Source of the DNA: Planctomycetota bacterium
Lineage (GTDB): Bacteria > Planctomycetota > Brocadiia > SM23-32 > JAKLEA01
Reading direction: 5' to 3'
Assembly: GCA_022711755.1 (NCBI GenBank)
Contig: JAKLEA010000010.1
Span: 128,899-192,898 of the forward strand
Length of the DNA stretch: 64,000 nt
In this document: one piece after another, positions 9,591 through 19,210 of the stretch
How positions within the stretch are numbered: position 1 is the stretch's first letter
Layout: every line of letters starts with the position of its first letter
The notes under the pieces: generated by a model
The model's database searches: none
The model's input: the letters and a program-made list of their open reading frames with translations, nothing else
Told to the model about the DNA's origin: nothing
Position numbers and translations under genes: made by a program

Positions 9591-10763
9591 TCAACCGGCT
9601 GCGACTTCCTTGACCTTGGCCACAAGTTTTCGCCCGTCGTATTCATACGCCAGATTATCGAGGAATGCCTGTCGTATTCGCTGATGGCGTTCTTCCGGAT
9701 TCTCGGGGGACTCCCCGATTTCCCGCATGGCCTGCGCAATGGACTCCGGATCGTCCGGATCGCACACGGCCCCGAGCTTGTATTTCAATATGAGGTTTTC
9801 CATCCCGGGGTAATTGGGCACGATCATCGGCAGCCCGCAGGCGGAATATTCCCCGACCTTGTTGGGCGCGCAGTAGAAATGGCCGATGTAGATGTTCCGA
9901 TAAAGCATGATGCCGGCGTCGGCGACGATGGTGTGCTTGAGAAGGTCGCGGTGATCCATGCGCTCTATCAGGAGCGCCCTGCCCTCCAGCCCGTGTTCCT
10001 TCACGTATCGGACGCATTCCTGATAATAGCGTTCCTGCGGGTTGCCGCCGATGGCCACCATGCAGTAGCGCTCCGGGAGTTTTTCAAGCGCCTTGATCAT
10101 CTCAAGGTTGCAGCGCTCGTCCGCGATCCAGCCCTGGTAGACGATTATGAACGGGTTTTTCGGGGTCAGCTTTTCCTCCAGCTTGCGCCGCATCTCAGGA
10201 TCGCGGGGCGGCATCGGCCAGTCGGAGGGAAGGGAGACCCGGACTGAGAGCGGGATGTCCGCGAGCCGGTGGAAACAGCCCAGTATTCTCGCCCGGTTCG
10301 GGCCGTTGGTGACCACCAGGTCGCTGCGTTTGCAGATGAATTTCTCAAGGCGCTCTATGATCGGCCTCAGGCCCGGCTCAAGGCTTTCGTGCGTGTGATA
10401 AACGATTTTCAGCCTTTTCAACGGCCAAAGACCCATGATCGCGACGGCGCACGCGCCCATGTCATTGATATGGAAAACCTGCCCGGGGTTGCGGCGGCGT
10501 TCGCGGCGTATGGCGCGGGCGAAACGGAGGTGATCGAGAATCTTGCCCATCAATCCGGGACGCAGCTTGCCGTCCGGATGCGTCTCAATCCACTCCAGGT
10601 CCCCTTCCTTTTCGTCTCCGAGCGGGCTTCTGCCGCGCTTGTAGCACAGGACGCGGACTTTCAGCCCGTTGGTTCCCAGGAACCACGCGGGCATGACGAT
10701 ATGCGGGGCCCTCTCCAGCGTCGTCTTGGTTATGAAACAGACTTCCGGTTTGCTTTCGGCCAT
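9591..10763 (-). CDS. glycosyltransferase family 4 (GT-B, group 1)
   Basis: 390 aa with a C-terminal GT1 domain signature and an EX7E-like region (GEYSACGLPMIV...). Confidence 0.75.
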   Translation of the reverse strand: MAESKPEVCFITKTTLERAPHIVMPAWFLGTNGLKVRVLCYKRGRSPLGDEKEGDLEWIETHPDGKLRPGLMGKILDHLRFARAIRRERRRNPGQVFHINDMGACAVAIMGLWPLKRLKIVYHTHESLEPGLRPIIERLEKFICKRSDLVVTNGPNRARILGCFHRLADIPLSVRVSLPSDWPMPPRDPEMRRKLEEKLTPKNPFIIVYQGWIADERCNLEMIKALEKLPERYCMVAIGGNPQERYYQECVRYVKEHGLEGRALLIERMDHRDLLKHTIVADAGIMLYRNIYIGHFYCAPNKVGEYSACGLPMIVPNYPGMENLILKYKLGAVCDPDDPESIAQAMREIGESPENPEERHQRIRQAFLDNLAYEYDGRKLVAKVKEVAAG

Positions 10764-10831
10764 TTGATTCTTCGCCCGGAATCCGCTCCCGAACGAGTCT
10801 CCGACCTGCGGATTCTGAAGATTAATTACAT

Positions 10832-11794
10832 CTACCAGAGATCGCTCATCGGCTCCTTCGTGAACTGCGGGAACTTGTCCGTCAACTCATATACATTTCT
10901 CATCCATTCCAGCGTCCTGGGCAATCCCTCCTCAACCTTCACCGTGGGATTATGCCCCAGGTCGCGCATGGCCTTTGATACGTCCGGACGCTTGCTCATT
11001 ACGTTGTTGGAGTCCTTATCCTTGAAGGAAACCTGACTCCCGTCAAGGCCCACGGTCTTTAGAATGATATCGCTGATTTCCTCGGTGGGGCGACAGTCTG
11101 TCCCGCCGATGTTGTAGACTTCGCCGGCTTTGAAACGCTCGCAGACGCGGGCCAGGGTGGGGATGAAGTCGCCGATGTACATATATACGCGGTCATAACC
11201 CCTGAACACGGTCCACGGCAGGCCGTGAAGCGCGCGATAACAGAAAAGGCAGATCGCGTTGCGGTAGGGGTGATAGAATTCTCCCGGTCCATAAACGTTG
11301 AAAAAGCGGCATCTTACGACCGGTATATTGAACACTTTCTGGAAGTTCATTATCTGGAGTTCATTGGTCCACTTGCTTACGGCATAGTCATTCGGCGGAC
11401 GAAGCGCCTTGCGGTCCGGCAGGTCCTCGGTCATGGCCTCGTCGGTCATCTCGCCGTATATCAATGACGTGCTGGCATAGATGAGCTTGAACCCCTTTTT
11501 TCTTTGAAGTTCGAGGATGTGGCGCGTGCCTATGGCATTGGTCTTCCAGAGGGTTTCGTAGTATTCCTCGCCGCTGGTGCGCCCGAATTCCGCCGCCAGG
11601 TGGTAGACGTAGTCGTAATCCTGCTCGAAGACGCGTTCCATCTGACGGTATTCGGCAATGTCTGCCCTGATGTAGTAATCGTGACGCTGGTGCTGAAGGT
11701 CGCATCCCCAGACCTCGTGCCCCATGCGCCTGAGCGTCGCCGTAAGAGGTTTGCCCAGCGTTCCCATGCTGCCTGTTATTAGAATCTTCGACAT
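10832..11794 (-). CDS. NAD-dependent epimerase/dehydratase family protein
   Basis: N-terminal ILITGSMGTLG Rossmann motif and the catalytic YASTSLIYG / YxxxK region. Confidence 0.85.
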   Translation of the reverse strand: MSKILITGSMGTLGKPLTATLRRMGHEVWGCDLQHQRHDYYIRADIAEYRQMERVFEQDYDYVYHLAAEFGRTSGEEYYETLWKTNAIGTRHILELQRKKGFKLIYASTSLIYGEMTDEAMTEDLPDRKALRPPNDYAVSKWTNELQIMNFQKVFNIPVVRCRFFNVYGPGEFYHPYRNAICLFCYRALHGLPWTVFRGYDRVYMYIGDFIPTLARVCERFKAGEVYNIGGTDCRPTEEISDIILKTVGLDGSQVSFKDKDSNNVMSKRPDVSKAMRDLGHNPTVKVEEGLPRTLEWMRNVYELTDKFPQFTKEPMSDLW

Positions 11795-12241
11795 CTTGGT
11801 TCCTCTTTTTCAACGATCATCGTTCGACGTCGCGCGTCCGCAAAGAATGATCCGGACTTTGCGGGCGCGAGAACACGCGGGCGAGCATTCCATGATTTTT
11901 TATTGACTCCGGCAGGAAGACGGCATGAATGCTCCCCTGACGTGGGACAAGCATAGTCAATGCCGCCGGTCATGTCAAAGGATTTGTTCCATCCGCTTGC
12001 GCCGCGCCATGCTATGCCGTCATTTCGCCCCCGGAGGAATAACGGATCAATCCACAAGCGGCGGCGATTCGACAGCCCGGTAATAACCGACGAGTATTCT
12101 GTCTGCGCCGGCGTTGCCGCGCATCCCGAAAAGGCCGCGCCATGCGAAAACGTCCGGCGCTGGGAATGCGTACATGGAGCAGCGCGGGCGGATTTTCCGC
12201 CCGCGCTGTTGACATGCAGACGCAATTTCGTCCAGGAAGAA

Positions 12242-12487
12242 CTATTTGGCCGGAGTTGCCGAAGCCGCCGCCTGCTCCGTCCCCTCAGCGCCCTCTTCGC
12301 CAGGCTTCTTCGCCGGGCCTTTCTTGGCCTTGACGATCCTGACCCTGACCTTGGGAAGCCCGTAGACGCTGTTCCCGTCAGCCCATCTGCCGTCTTCGCG
12401 AAGAATTGCCAGCCGCTCTGTACGGGTGAGCGTGCCGCGCTGGCGCACCAGACCTGACGCTATCTTAAGGCTCTTGTCTCTTGACAT
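12242..12487 (-). CDS. small basic hypothetical protein (81 aa) with a Lys/Pro-rich C-terminal tail
   Basis: ORF lies immediately downstream of the SPOR-like gene on the same strand. No recognisable family. Confidence 0.4.
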   Translation of the reverse strand: MSRDKSLKIASGLVRQRGTLTRTERLAILREDGRWADGNSVYGLPKVRVRIVKAKKGPAKKPGEEGAEGTEQAAASATPAK

Positions 12488-12515
12488 CTCTTCCCGCTTC
12501 GCCGATCCGAAGGCG

Positions 12516-13208
12516 CTACTGAGCTTTTACCTTTGACGCATAGGCGGACTTGAAATCCTTGTGCGCCTTTATGCGCGAAAGCAGGCTCTGCAGCTCCGGA
12601 TCGTTCTTGTCAGTAAAACGACCCGCGCAAAGCACCACGTTCTTGCCGCCGCTTACCGGCAGCAGAAACTTCTCATGCCCCCCAAACATATCAGCAGGGA
12701 GGCTGTCAAGCAAGCTTTTTGCAGAATCTTTGCGCTTGCTGCTGACCGTGAAGAACATCGCGGTCCAGAATTCCTTCGCGTCCGTCGGGACGCTTGACAC
12801 AACCGCCTTGGGCGCGCCGGATGAAAGATCCTGCGCTTCTCCGTCCCACGGAGTCGGTTCCGTCACAACAGCCTGCGTATCCGCGACGGACGGGGTTTCA
12901 ACCACCGCTTCGGCTGCGGGCTGATCTTTCTCCGGCGTGTCGGCGTTGACTTTCGACGCCTGGAACATCAATGTTCCCAACACCGTGAACACAACAACCG
13001 CAGTCAGCACACCGAAGATCAGCGTGTTACGGTTTAGTTGTTTGAGTTCGGAAGCAGACATTCCGTAGAGATACTTCGTGCTGCTTCCCGTGGTTTCGAC
13101 GCTCATGCGCTGAGAAGCGCTTGGCTCGGTTCCGGACGACTTCTTTCCAGGCGTCGGCGGCACACGGCCGATCCTGTAAACACTATCCCCCTCGTTTCCC
13201 TGTGGCAT
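12516..13208 (-). CDS. membrane-anchored protein with a C-terminal SPOR-like (peptidoglycan-binding) domain
   Basis: One TM helix (LIFGVLTAVVVFTVLGTLMF), and a C-terminal VVLCAGRFTDKNDPELQSLLSRIKAHKDF segment that resembles the SPOR fold consensus. Confidence 0.5.
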   Translation of the reverse strand: MPQGNEGDSVYRIGRVPPTPGKKSSGTEPSASQRMSVETTGSSTKYLYGMSASELKQLNRNTLIFGVLTAVVVFTVLGTLMFQASKVNADTPEKDQPAAEAVVETPSVADTQAVVTEPTPWDGEAQDLSSGAPKAVVSSVPTDAKEFWTAMFFTVSSKRKDSAKSLLDSLPADMFGGHEKFLLPVSGGKNVVLCAGRFTDKNDPELQSLLSRIKAHKDFKSAYASKVKAQ

Positions 13209-13463
13209 TTCTATCCCTCCTGGACGCAGACGATCGGCGGCGGTTAAATTATTCCAATACCGGCAGCCGCCAATTCCGGTCCCCGATTCGGAAACGGATG
13301 ATACAACGCCTCCCGCCGAATGTCAACAGAATTTCCATAAATCTCCAGAAAATCAAGACCTGTGGCAAAACCCGGCTTGTGGGGATAAGCCTGGATACCA
13401 TAGGTTGTATCATGAGTTGCTATGGTGTATATATGCTGTATGGCGCAGGTTTCATTGTGCGCG

Positions 13464-14948
13464 TCAGCCTTCGCCGCATCGCTTCAGAAATTCTTCAACG
13501 AATTCCCGCAATGCCGGGTCTTCTGCTATTTCTTCTTCCATCTTCGCCACGGCATGTCGCACGGTGGAGTGATTGTTCCGGTTGAAATAAGCCCCGATCT
13601 GTTCGAGCGACTCATCCGTTGTCCTGCGCATAAGGTACATGCACAGATGGCGGTATCTCGCTATGGTTCGGACGCGACGCTTGGAATGCAGATCGCTTCT
13701 GCTGATTCCGAAGCGCTCTGTCACAGCCTGTTCGATGTGCGCCGAAGTTGTTTTTGGCGCTACGACGCGGGCGCCTCCTCCACATCCCCGCAAGGCCCTG
13801 CGCGCAAGCTCCGCTCCGGCCTCGCCGATGCCTTCCATTTCCGCATAGGCCCTGACGCTATGAAGCGCGCCCTCCAGTTGCCGGACGTTTTCCCTGCACT
13901 GCCCGGCAATAATTTCAAGGGCTTCCTCGTCGCAATCCAGTCCCATTCCTTCCGCCTTAGCGCGGAGAATGGCCAGACGGGTTTCATAATCCGGGGCGTC
14001 AACCTTTATTATCAGGCCGGCCAGTATCCGGCTGCCCAGATTGGCGTTCAGTTTTGGAACGTCTTCCGGAGCGGCGTTGGCCGCCAGCACAACCAGGCCG
14101 CCACGATCTGTTACTGCGTTGAACGTATGGCAGAATTCTCCCTGTGTCGTGGCCTTGTTGCCGAAGAAGTCCGCGTCATCAATAAGCAGCGCGTCGCACC
14201 CGCGGTAGCGACGGCGGAATTTTTCCATCAAGTCCTTTCCGCCGCGCAATCCGCCAAAAAACTCGTTCGTCCAGCTTTCGGCAGTCGCATAAGTCACATG
14301 TCTTCCGTTCCCGGCGGACTCAATGGCTTCCCGAATGCCTTTCAGCAGATGTGTCTTGCCCAAGCCTGATGCGCCGTGGATGTATAACACATTGAATCTG
14401 GGGCATCGCAATCCGGCAACTTCAAGACAGGCGGCGTAGGCCATTCGGTTGCAGTCGCCGACGATATAGTCCTCCAGGCGCATTCTGCGGGCGGCCTGGG
14501 CGTCAGTCTTATCGGACGCGTCCTCCTCGCCATTCGTTTCCTTTTGAAGCGTTGTTTCCTGGGATTTCCGGACGGCTTCAGCGTTCTGCATGCGTATTTC
14601 CCGCTCACGGCGGAAATCGCGATAAAGCTCGGTTGATATTCGAAAACTGACTTCTATTCGCCTGCCGGCCAGTTCCGACGCGATCTTTTCAAGAATATCG
14701 CGGTATCTTTCCTCGAGGAACTGTTGTACCACGGCGTTGGCCACGCCGACGCAAATTTCCCCATCGGAACTGCGGAGCAGTTGAGTCCGTGCGAACCAGA
14801 GGTCGAAGCGCCTTGTGCCAATATTCTCGCGGAGCCGCGCCTTCACATCCCGCCACATGGCGGCGTCCAGCGTTATTTCCCCGTCTTGCTCCGGTTCGGT
14901 TTCGCGCGCCTCAAGTTCCGAACCAAGAGGGTGTCCTTCCTCCCGCAT
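13464..14948 (-). CDS. dnaA: chromosomal replication initiator protein DnaA
   Basis: AAA+ Walker A LYIHGASGLGKTHLL, Walker B LLIDDADF, and a C-terminal DnaA-box-binding helix-turn-helix RHLCMYLMRRTTDESLEQIGAYFNRNNHSTVRHA. Confidence 0.92.
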   Translation of the reverse strand: MREEGHPLGSELEARETEPEQDGEITLDAAMWRDVKARLRENIGTRRFDLWFARTQLLRSSDGEICVGVANAVVQQFLEERYRDILEKIASELAGRRIEVSFRISTELYRDFRREREIRMQNAEAVRKSQETTLQKETNGEEDASDKTDAQAARRMRLEDYIVGDCNRMAYAACLEVAGLRCPRFNVLYIHGASGLGKTHLLKGIREAIESAGNGRHVTYATAESWTNEFFGGLRGGKDLMEKFRRRYRGCDALLIDDADFFGNKATTQGEFCHTFNAVTDRGGLVVLAANAAPEDVPKLNANLGSRILAGLIIKVDAPDYETRLAILRAKAEGMGLDCDEEALEIIAGQCRENVRQLEGALHSVRAYAEMEGIGEAGAELARRALRGCGGGARVVAPKTTSAHIEQAVTERFGISRSDLHSKRRVRTIARYRHLCMYLMRRTTDESLEQIGAYFNRNNHSTVRHAVAKMEEEIAEDPALREFVEEFLKRCGEG

Positions 14949-15649
14949 TTTGTCCCCTGCTCCCGTGTCGGCGGGCCTGCCCGCCGACTGGTTATGTCAA
15001 TCGCCATAAGGATTCCGATGCGTAAGGCGCATGGCCCGTCTCCGGAATTGCCTCCCGCAAGCGGTTATGCCTCCCGCATAAGCCGCAGCGGAGCGTTTGT
15101 CATCGCAACACGTGCAGAACAGGCGACTTGCAGACGCATAGGACTTGCTGCGCCACTCAGGTCCGGCCGTTTCCGGCCATATCCTTTCGCTAAATCGCGC
15201 CGGTTTGCCGGCGTCAGAGGAACAAAGCAACGATACTGTGGGCGCCAAGCTCGGTTATCGGGAACTTCTTTGCGTCATGTGCGCCACACGAGCCGATACG
15301 AATCCGGCGACAAAGCCGCATTTGAAAAGCGCCGTCAAAGAAGATATCGCCCTGGCTTCAGGGCGAACGGCATTATCGCCAGCCGGACGAACACTGACTC
15401 AGCGGCCACGCTTGCGATACAGCCTGGGCCTCGGCCGCTTAGTCTGTCCGCGTGTTACGACCGGTTGCTTCGTATCAGCCCTTATCCAACGTCGTTGCGG
15501 GCTTCAATCCGGCAATCCGGACACTCTCTGCGAGCCGACAAAACCAACATGCCGTCACAGGCGAGTTTCCTCCACACCGGTCGTTTCCCCACGTTCGCTG
15601 TCCCTTGCTCCTTCCTTTCCTGCGTCCTGCTGAGTTGGCGATTTTAGCC

Positions 15650-16068
15650 TTCCTGAAGCAGGTGTCAAAGCGAAAACACAAAAAAGTCCAGGGGCAGTAC
15701 ATAACTCATTGGCGTGAAGCGAATTATCGCGTTCCGGAAAAATTTCATGGGGGGGAGTGTTAGAGAAATGTTAAGAAAAACTGGGTGATGAGAATATGGC
15801 GACAAGTTGATGAAAGTCTGATGATTGACGCTCACATCACTTTGACTATCATAATGATATGACAATTTGCAAACGAAGGTTGATTTCCGCCTTTCTCCAC
15901 CGCGGCAGGGAATTCCGACTTGGCGATTCAGGAAAAAGATGACTCAGGAAAGTCTCTTATCCCCGCCTCCGCAGCGCTCAGGCAAACATCCTCAGACGGC
16001 CATGTGTTTGACAGGTATAACATTTTTCTTGTAAAGCTCATTTTGTCTCTTATGACACTGCAACCGGG
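15650..16068. promoter_or_regulatory. candidate oriC / DNA-unwinding element upstream of dnaA
   Basis: This is the only markedly AT-rich stretch in the window and contains no ORF. It carries DnaA-box-like 9-mers: TTATCCCCG at 15957-15965 and TTATCCAAC at 15482-15490 in the adjoining leader. It also has repeated TGATGA/ATCAT motifs. Confidence 0.4.
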
Positions 16069-17433
16069 TCACAGAACGCCGTCGGATTTCATGAGATCAA
16101 GCGCCCTGTCGAATGCCGCAAGTGTCTGCGCGACGTCCTGTTCCGAGTGCGCGGCGCTTATCCATGAATGCTTTCCGGGGGTATCCACCCCCCCCAGAAG
16201 CATCGCGCAACGGAACTTGTGGATGACGGCGGAATTTTTTGATTTCAGTTGTTCTGGGGAAATATCGAATTGGGGGAAATCAGCCGCCCGACCGCTCCAT
16301 CCTCCCCCCCCCATCGCCATGCTGTAGCCGGAGCTTAGCCCGTAAGCCGCCCACGGCAACCCGCGATTGTCAATGATCGCATTCAGCCCGTCGCGAAGCG
16401 CCTTGCCTGTCGCGTCGGCGCGGGCGCAGGCCGAACCGTCCGAAACGAGTTCCAGCGTCTTTACGCCCGCCGCCGCCGAGACGGGATTCGCGTTATATGT
16501 GCCCGGATGGTACATCTTGCGCGAGGCGTTCCATTCCGGATCGCTCCCGTATGCCAGCAGGCGCATGATGTCCTCCCTCCCCCCAAGCGCCCCGCCCGGG
16601 AATCCGCCGGCGAGAATCTTCGCCATGCACGTCAGGTCTGGTTTGACGCCGTAGAGCGCCTGCGCCCCGCCGGGGCTGACGCGGAATCCGGTTATGACTT
16701 CGTCGTAGATCAGGACGACGCCGAGCCGCCGCGTGATATCGCGCAGCGGTTTATGGAACGCGGGCCGGACCGGCACGTCCGTGAAACCCCCGCCGGTTGG
16801 CTCGATGATGACCTGGCCGATATCGGGGTCTCGCTTCAGCGTCTCCTCCAGGAGTTCGGGATTGTTGGCGGGGATGACCACCATATTCTCCGACACGCCG
16901 GGCAGGACTCCGCAGGGCAGGACCTTGCCGAAATCCGGGAAGACGCCATGCATGGCGTGGTCGTTCCAGCCGTGGAAGTGCCCCTGAAATTTCAGTAGCT
17001 TGGGCTTCCCGGTGAAGGCGCGGGCAAGGCGCATTCCCATCAGAGTCGCCTCCGTCCCGGAGTTGACGAAGCGAATTTTCTCAACCGACGGCATGAGCCG
17101 CATCACGGCCTTCGCCCATGCTATCTCCAGTTCGTGGCAGGCTCCGAAGTGCGTTCCGCATCCAAGCTGCCGCCCGACCGCTGCGATGACCTCCGGATGA
17201 CGATGCCCGAGGATCAGAGAGCCGTGGCCGACCCAGTAGTCAATGATCTCGTTGCCGTCAACGTCCCATTTGCGGGAGCCTTCGGCGCGCCTGATATAAA
17301 TCGGAAAAGGCTTCAAGAACCGCCCGTCGTGCGTCACGCCGCTCGGAAAGCATTTCTGCGCCTTTTCATAGAGCGCGGCGGAACCCGGAAACTTCTTGCG
17401 GAATTCTCTCTCAATGATTCCATCGGCAGCCAT
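16069..17433 (-). CDS. class III PLP-dependent aminotransferase (glutamate-1-semialdehyde 2,1-aminomutase-like)
   Basis: 454 aa with a typical aminotransferase class III core (GHGSLILGH...YDEVITGFR...K in MAKILAGG). Confidence 0.75.
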   Translation of the reverse strand: MAADGIIEREFRKKFPGSAALYEKAQKCFPSGVTHDGRFLKPFPIYIRRAEGSRKWDVDGNEIIDYWVGHGSLILGHRHPEVIAAVGRQLGCGTHFGACHELEIAWAKAVMRLMPSVEKIRFVNSGTEATLMGMRLARAFTGKPKLLKFQGHFHGWNDHAMHGVFPDFGKVLPCGVLPGVSENMVVIPANNPELLEETLKRDPDIGQVIIEPTGGGFTDVPVRPAFHKPLRDITRRLGVVLIYDEVITGFRVSPGGAQALYGVKPDLTCMAKILAGGFPGGALGGREDIMRLLAYGSDPEWNASRKMYHPGTYNANPVSAAAGVKTLELVSDGSACARADATGKALRDGLNAIIDNRGLPWAAYGLSSGYSMAMGGGGWSGRAADFPQFDISPEQLKSKNSAVIHKFRCAMLLGGVDTPGKHSWISAAHSEQDVAQTLAAFDRALDLMKSDGVL

Positions 17434-17505
17434 GCAATCTCCCCTCAGGGATTTTCCGCGTAAGCGGTTAATCCTTATCAGTTTTCACTTTCTTCTTTCT
17501 ACTTG

Positions 17506-18477
17506 CTACTTGCTATTCGTTTCCCTGTACCACTCCACGAAGGACTGTATTCCCCTCTCGATTGGGAACTTCGGCTCATATCCCAGCAGTCTTTTCGCCT
17601 TGGAGATGTCCGCGTAGGTCGTTGAGACGTCGCCCGGCTGGAGCGGGCGGCGGTCAATGACCGCGTTTTTACCGAGCGATTTTTCGATCAGGCCGATGAG
17701 CGACGCCAGCGTGATGGGAGACGAGTTGCCGAGGTTGATGATCTCGTAGCCCATCGGGCGCTCAAGCGCCGCGACTATTCCGTCGCAGATGTCGGAGAAA
17801 TAGGTGTAATCCCTGCTGGTCGAGCCATCGCCGAAGACCGGGATCGGCTTTCCGCTCTCGATCAGCTTCGTGAATTTGTGGATGGCGAGGTCGGGACGCT
17901 GGCGGGGGCCATAGACCGTGAAGAAGCGCAGGCACGTCACCGGCAGGCCGTAGAGATGGTGGTAGGTATGCGCGTAAAGCTCGCAGGCCCGCTTGGTCGC
18001 GGCATAGGGGGATATCGGCCTATCGCCGCGAAAGTCCTCGGAGAAGGGGACCTGCGCGCTTTCGCCGTAGATGGAGGACGAGGAGCCGAAGACGAACATC
18101 GAGACACCGCTGCGGCGGGCAAGCTCCAGCAGGTTCACCGTGCCCAGGCAGTTGACGCGCTCGTAAAGCAGCGGCTCCTCGATTGACGGGCGCACGCCGG
18201 CGCGCGCGGCCAGATGAACAATCTGCTCCGGTTTCTCCCTTGCGAAGACGTCGCGGCAGAACGCCTCGTCGCAGATATCCCCCTCGCACAGCGCGTAATC
18301 GCGGTTGGCCAGCGCAGCGGCGACGTTGCGGCGTTTGATCTTCGTGTCGTAAAAGCCGTCGAAATTGTCAATGCAGACAATGCGGCGTCCGGACGCCAGG
18401 AGTCGTTCAACAAGATGGGAGCCGATGAAGCCGGCGCCCCCGGTTACAAGAATCGTCAAGGCAGGACCTCCGTGCAA
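17506..18477 (-). CDS. NAD-dependent epimerase/dehydratase (UDP-sugar 4-epimerase / UDP-glucuronate decarboxylase-like)
   Basis: LVTGGAGFIGSHL Rossmann motif and a YxxxK site (YAATKRACE). Confidence 0.85.
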   Translation of the reverse strand: MHGGPALTILVTGGAGFIGSHLVERLLASGRRIVCIDNFDGFYDTKIKRRNVAAALANRDYALCEGDICDEAFCRDVFAREKPEQIVHLAARAGVRPSIEEPLLYERVNCLGTVNLLELARRSGVSMFVFGSSSSIYGESAQVPFSEDFRGDRPISPYAATKRACELYAHTYHHLYGLPVTCLRFFTVYGPRQRPDLAIHKFTKLIESGKPIPVFGDGSTSRDYTYFSDICDGIVAALERPMGYEIINLGNSSPITLASLIGLIEKSLGKNAVIDRRPLQPGDVSTTYADISKAKRLLGYEPKFPIERGIQSFVEWYRETNSK

Positions 18478-18733
18478 TCGGCGCGATCAGTCGCGCCGCC
18501 ATCCCCTCCGAACATGTCCCATCCGACGCGGCGCTTCGCTCATCGCGCCCGATGGGGACTTATGTAGCAGATATTTCAACCGCGCCCGCATGTCAAGAAA
18601 TATCCGGAATGGCGGAGGGACGGGCGCGCGCGCCAACGCAGACGGGTATTGTTCCAGTTTCCGATGCGCTGTTCCCTGTGTTCATCGCTTCTCCCTTTGA
18701 ATTCGCAGTCTTAGCCGCTTGCGGCGTCTGGGG

Positions 18734-18883
18734 GTAGCCTCGGGTGCAACCCGTGGATTGAGCCGTTTGTGACCAACAAGCCCGTGAAACGGGCGCTTGA
18801 AGTTATTCAAGCCGTCAATCGCCCCGCCTGGGGCTTTGAAAATATATTTGACGTTATCCACGGGCTTGCGCACCGAGGCTACC
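18734..18883. other. about 150-nt nested inverted-repeat structured element in the divergent intergenic region
   Basis: Outer arms gtagcctcgggtgc / gcaccgaggctac and inner arms cccgtggat / atccacggg enclose two small hairpins (gcccgt-gaaa-acgggc and cttgaa-gtta-ttcaag). The inner arm reads GTTATCCACG, which is DnaA-box-like. Confidence 0.4.
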
Positions 18884-19210
18884 TACAAACGCCCTTCGGG
18901 CTGGGAAAACGACACGCAAAAGGCGTCCGAAGGCATGTGAACATACCGCCGGTTGCCATCTGAAAATGGACTGCTTTCATACCCGGATAAATTGGCGCAC
19001 CTGAGGGGCGGGGCGCGCATTCGACAAGATGGGTGACATGCATTACCGGCCCTGATTGACTGTTGCCGCCTGTCCCGGTACGCTGATTCCAACATGCAGC
19101 GCCGCCCTGTGATTCCCGACCGCGGGAGAACGGCGGGGCGGCTGAATGAATGGGCGCAAGTCCTTGTCCCGCTTCGTGCATTGCAGACTCACCGGAAAGC
19201 GAGAACGCCT

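Noticed and set aside
15140-15175. TCAGGTCCGGCCGTTTCCGGCC resembling the SRP RNA domain IV motif (CAGGUCCGGAAGGAAGCAGC)
   Set aside because: Only the first 9 nt match. The GAAGG and AGCA elements are absent, and no Alu/S-domain fold could be assembled. I also looked for RNase P RNA and tmRNA signatures (GGAAAGUCCGG, ACAGAAxCCGGCUUA, GGUUCGAAUCC...CCA) in this leader and did not find them.
14724-15647. 307-aa Arg-rich ORF spanning the dnaA start and the GC-rich leader
   Set aside because: It overlaps the dnaA N-terminus in another frame. The composition is extremely Arg/Ser/Pro-rich, with no start context and no family resemblance. I treat the region as non-coding.
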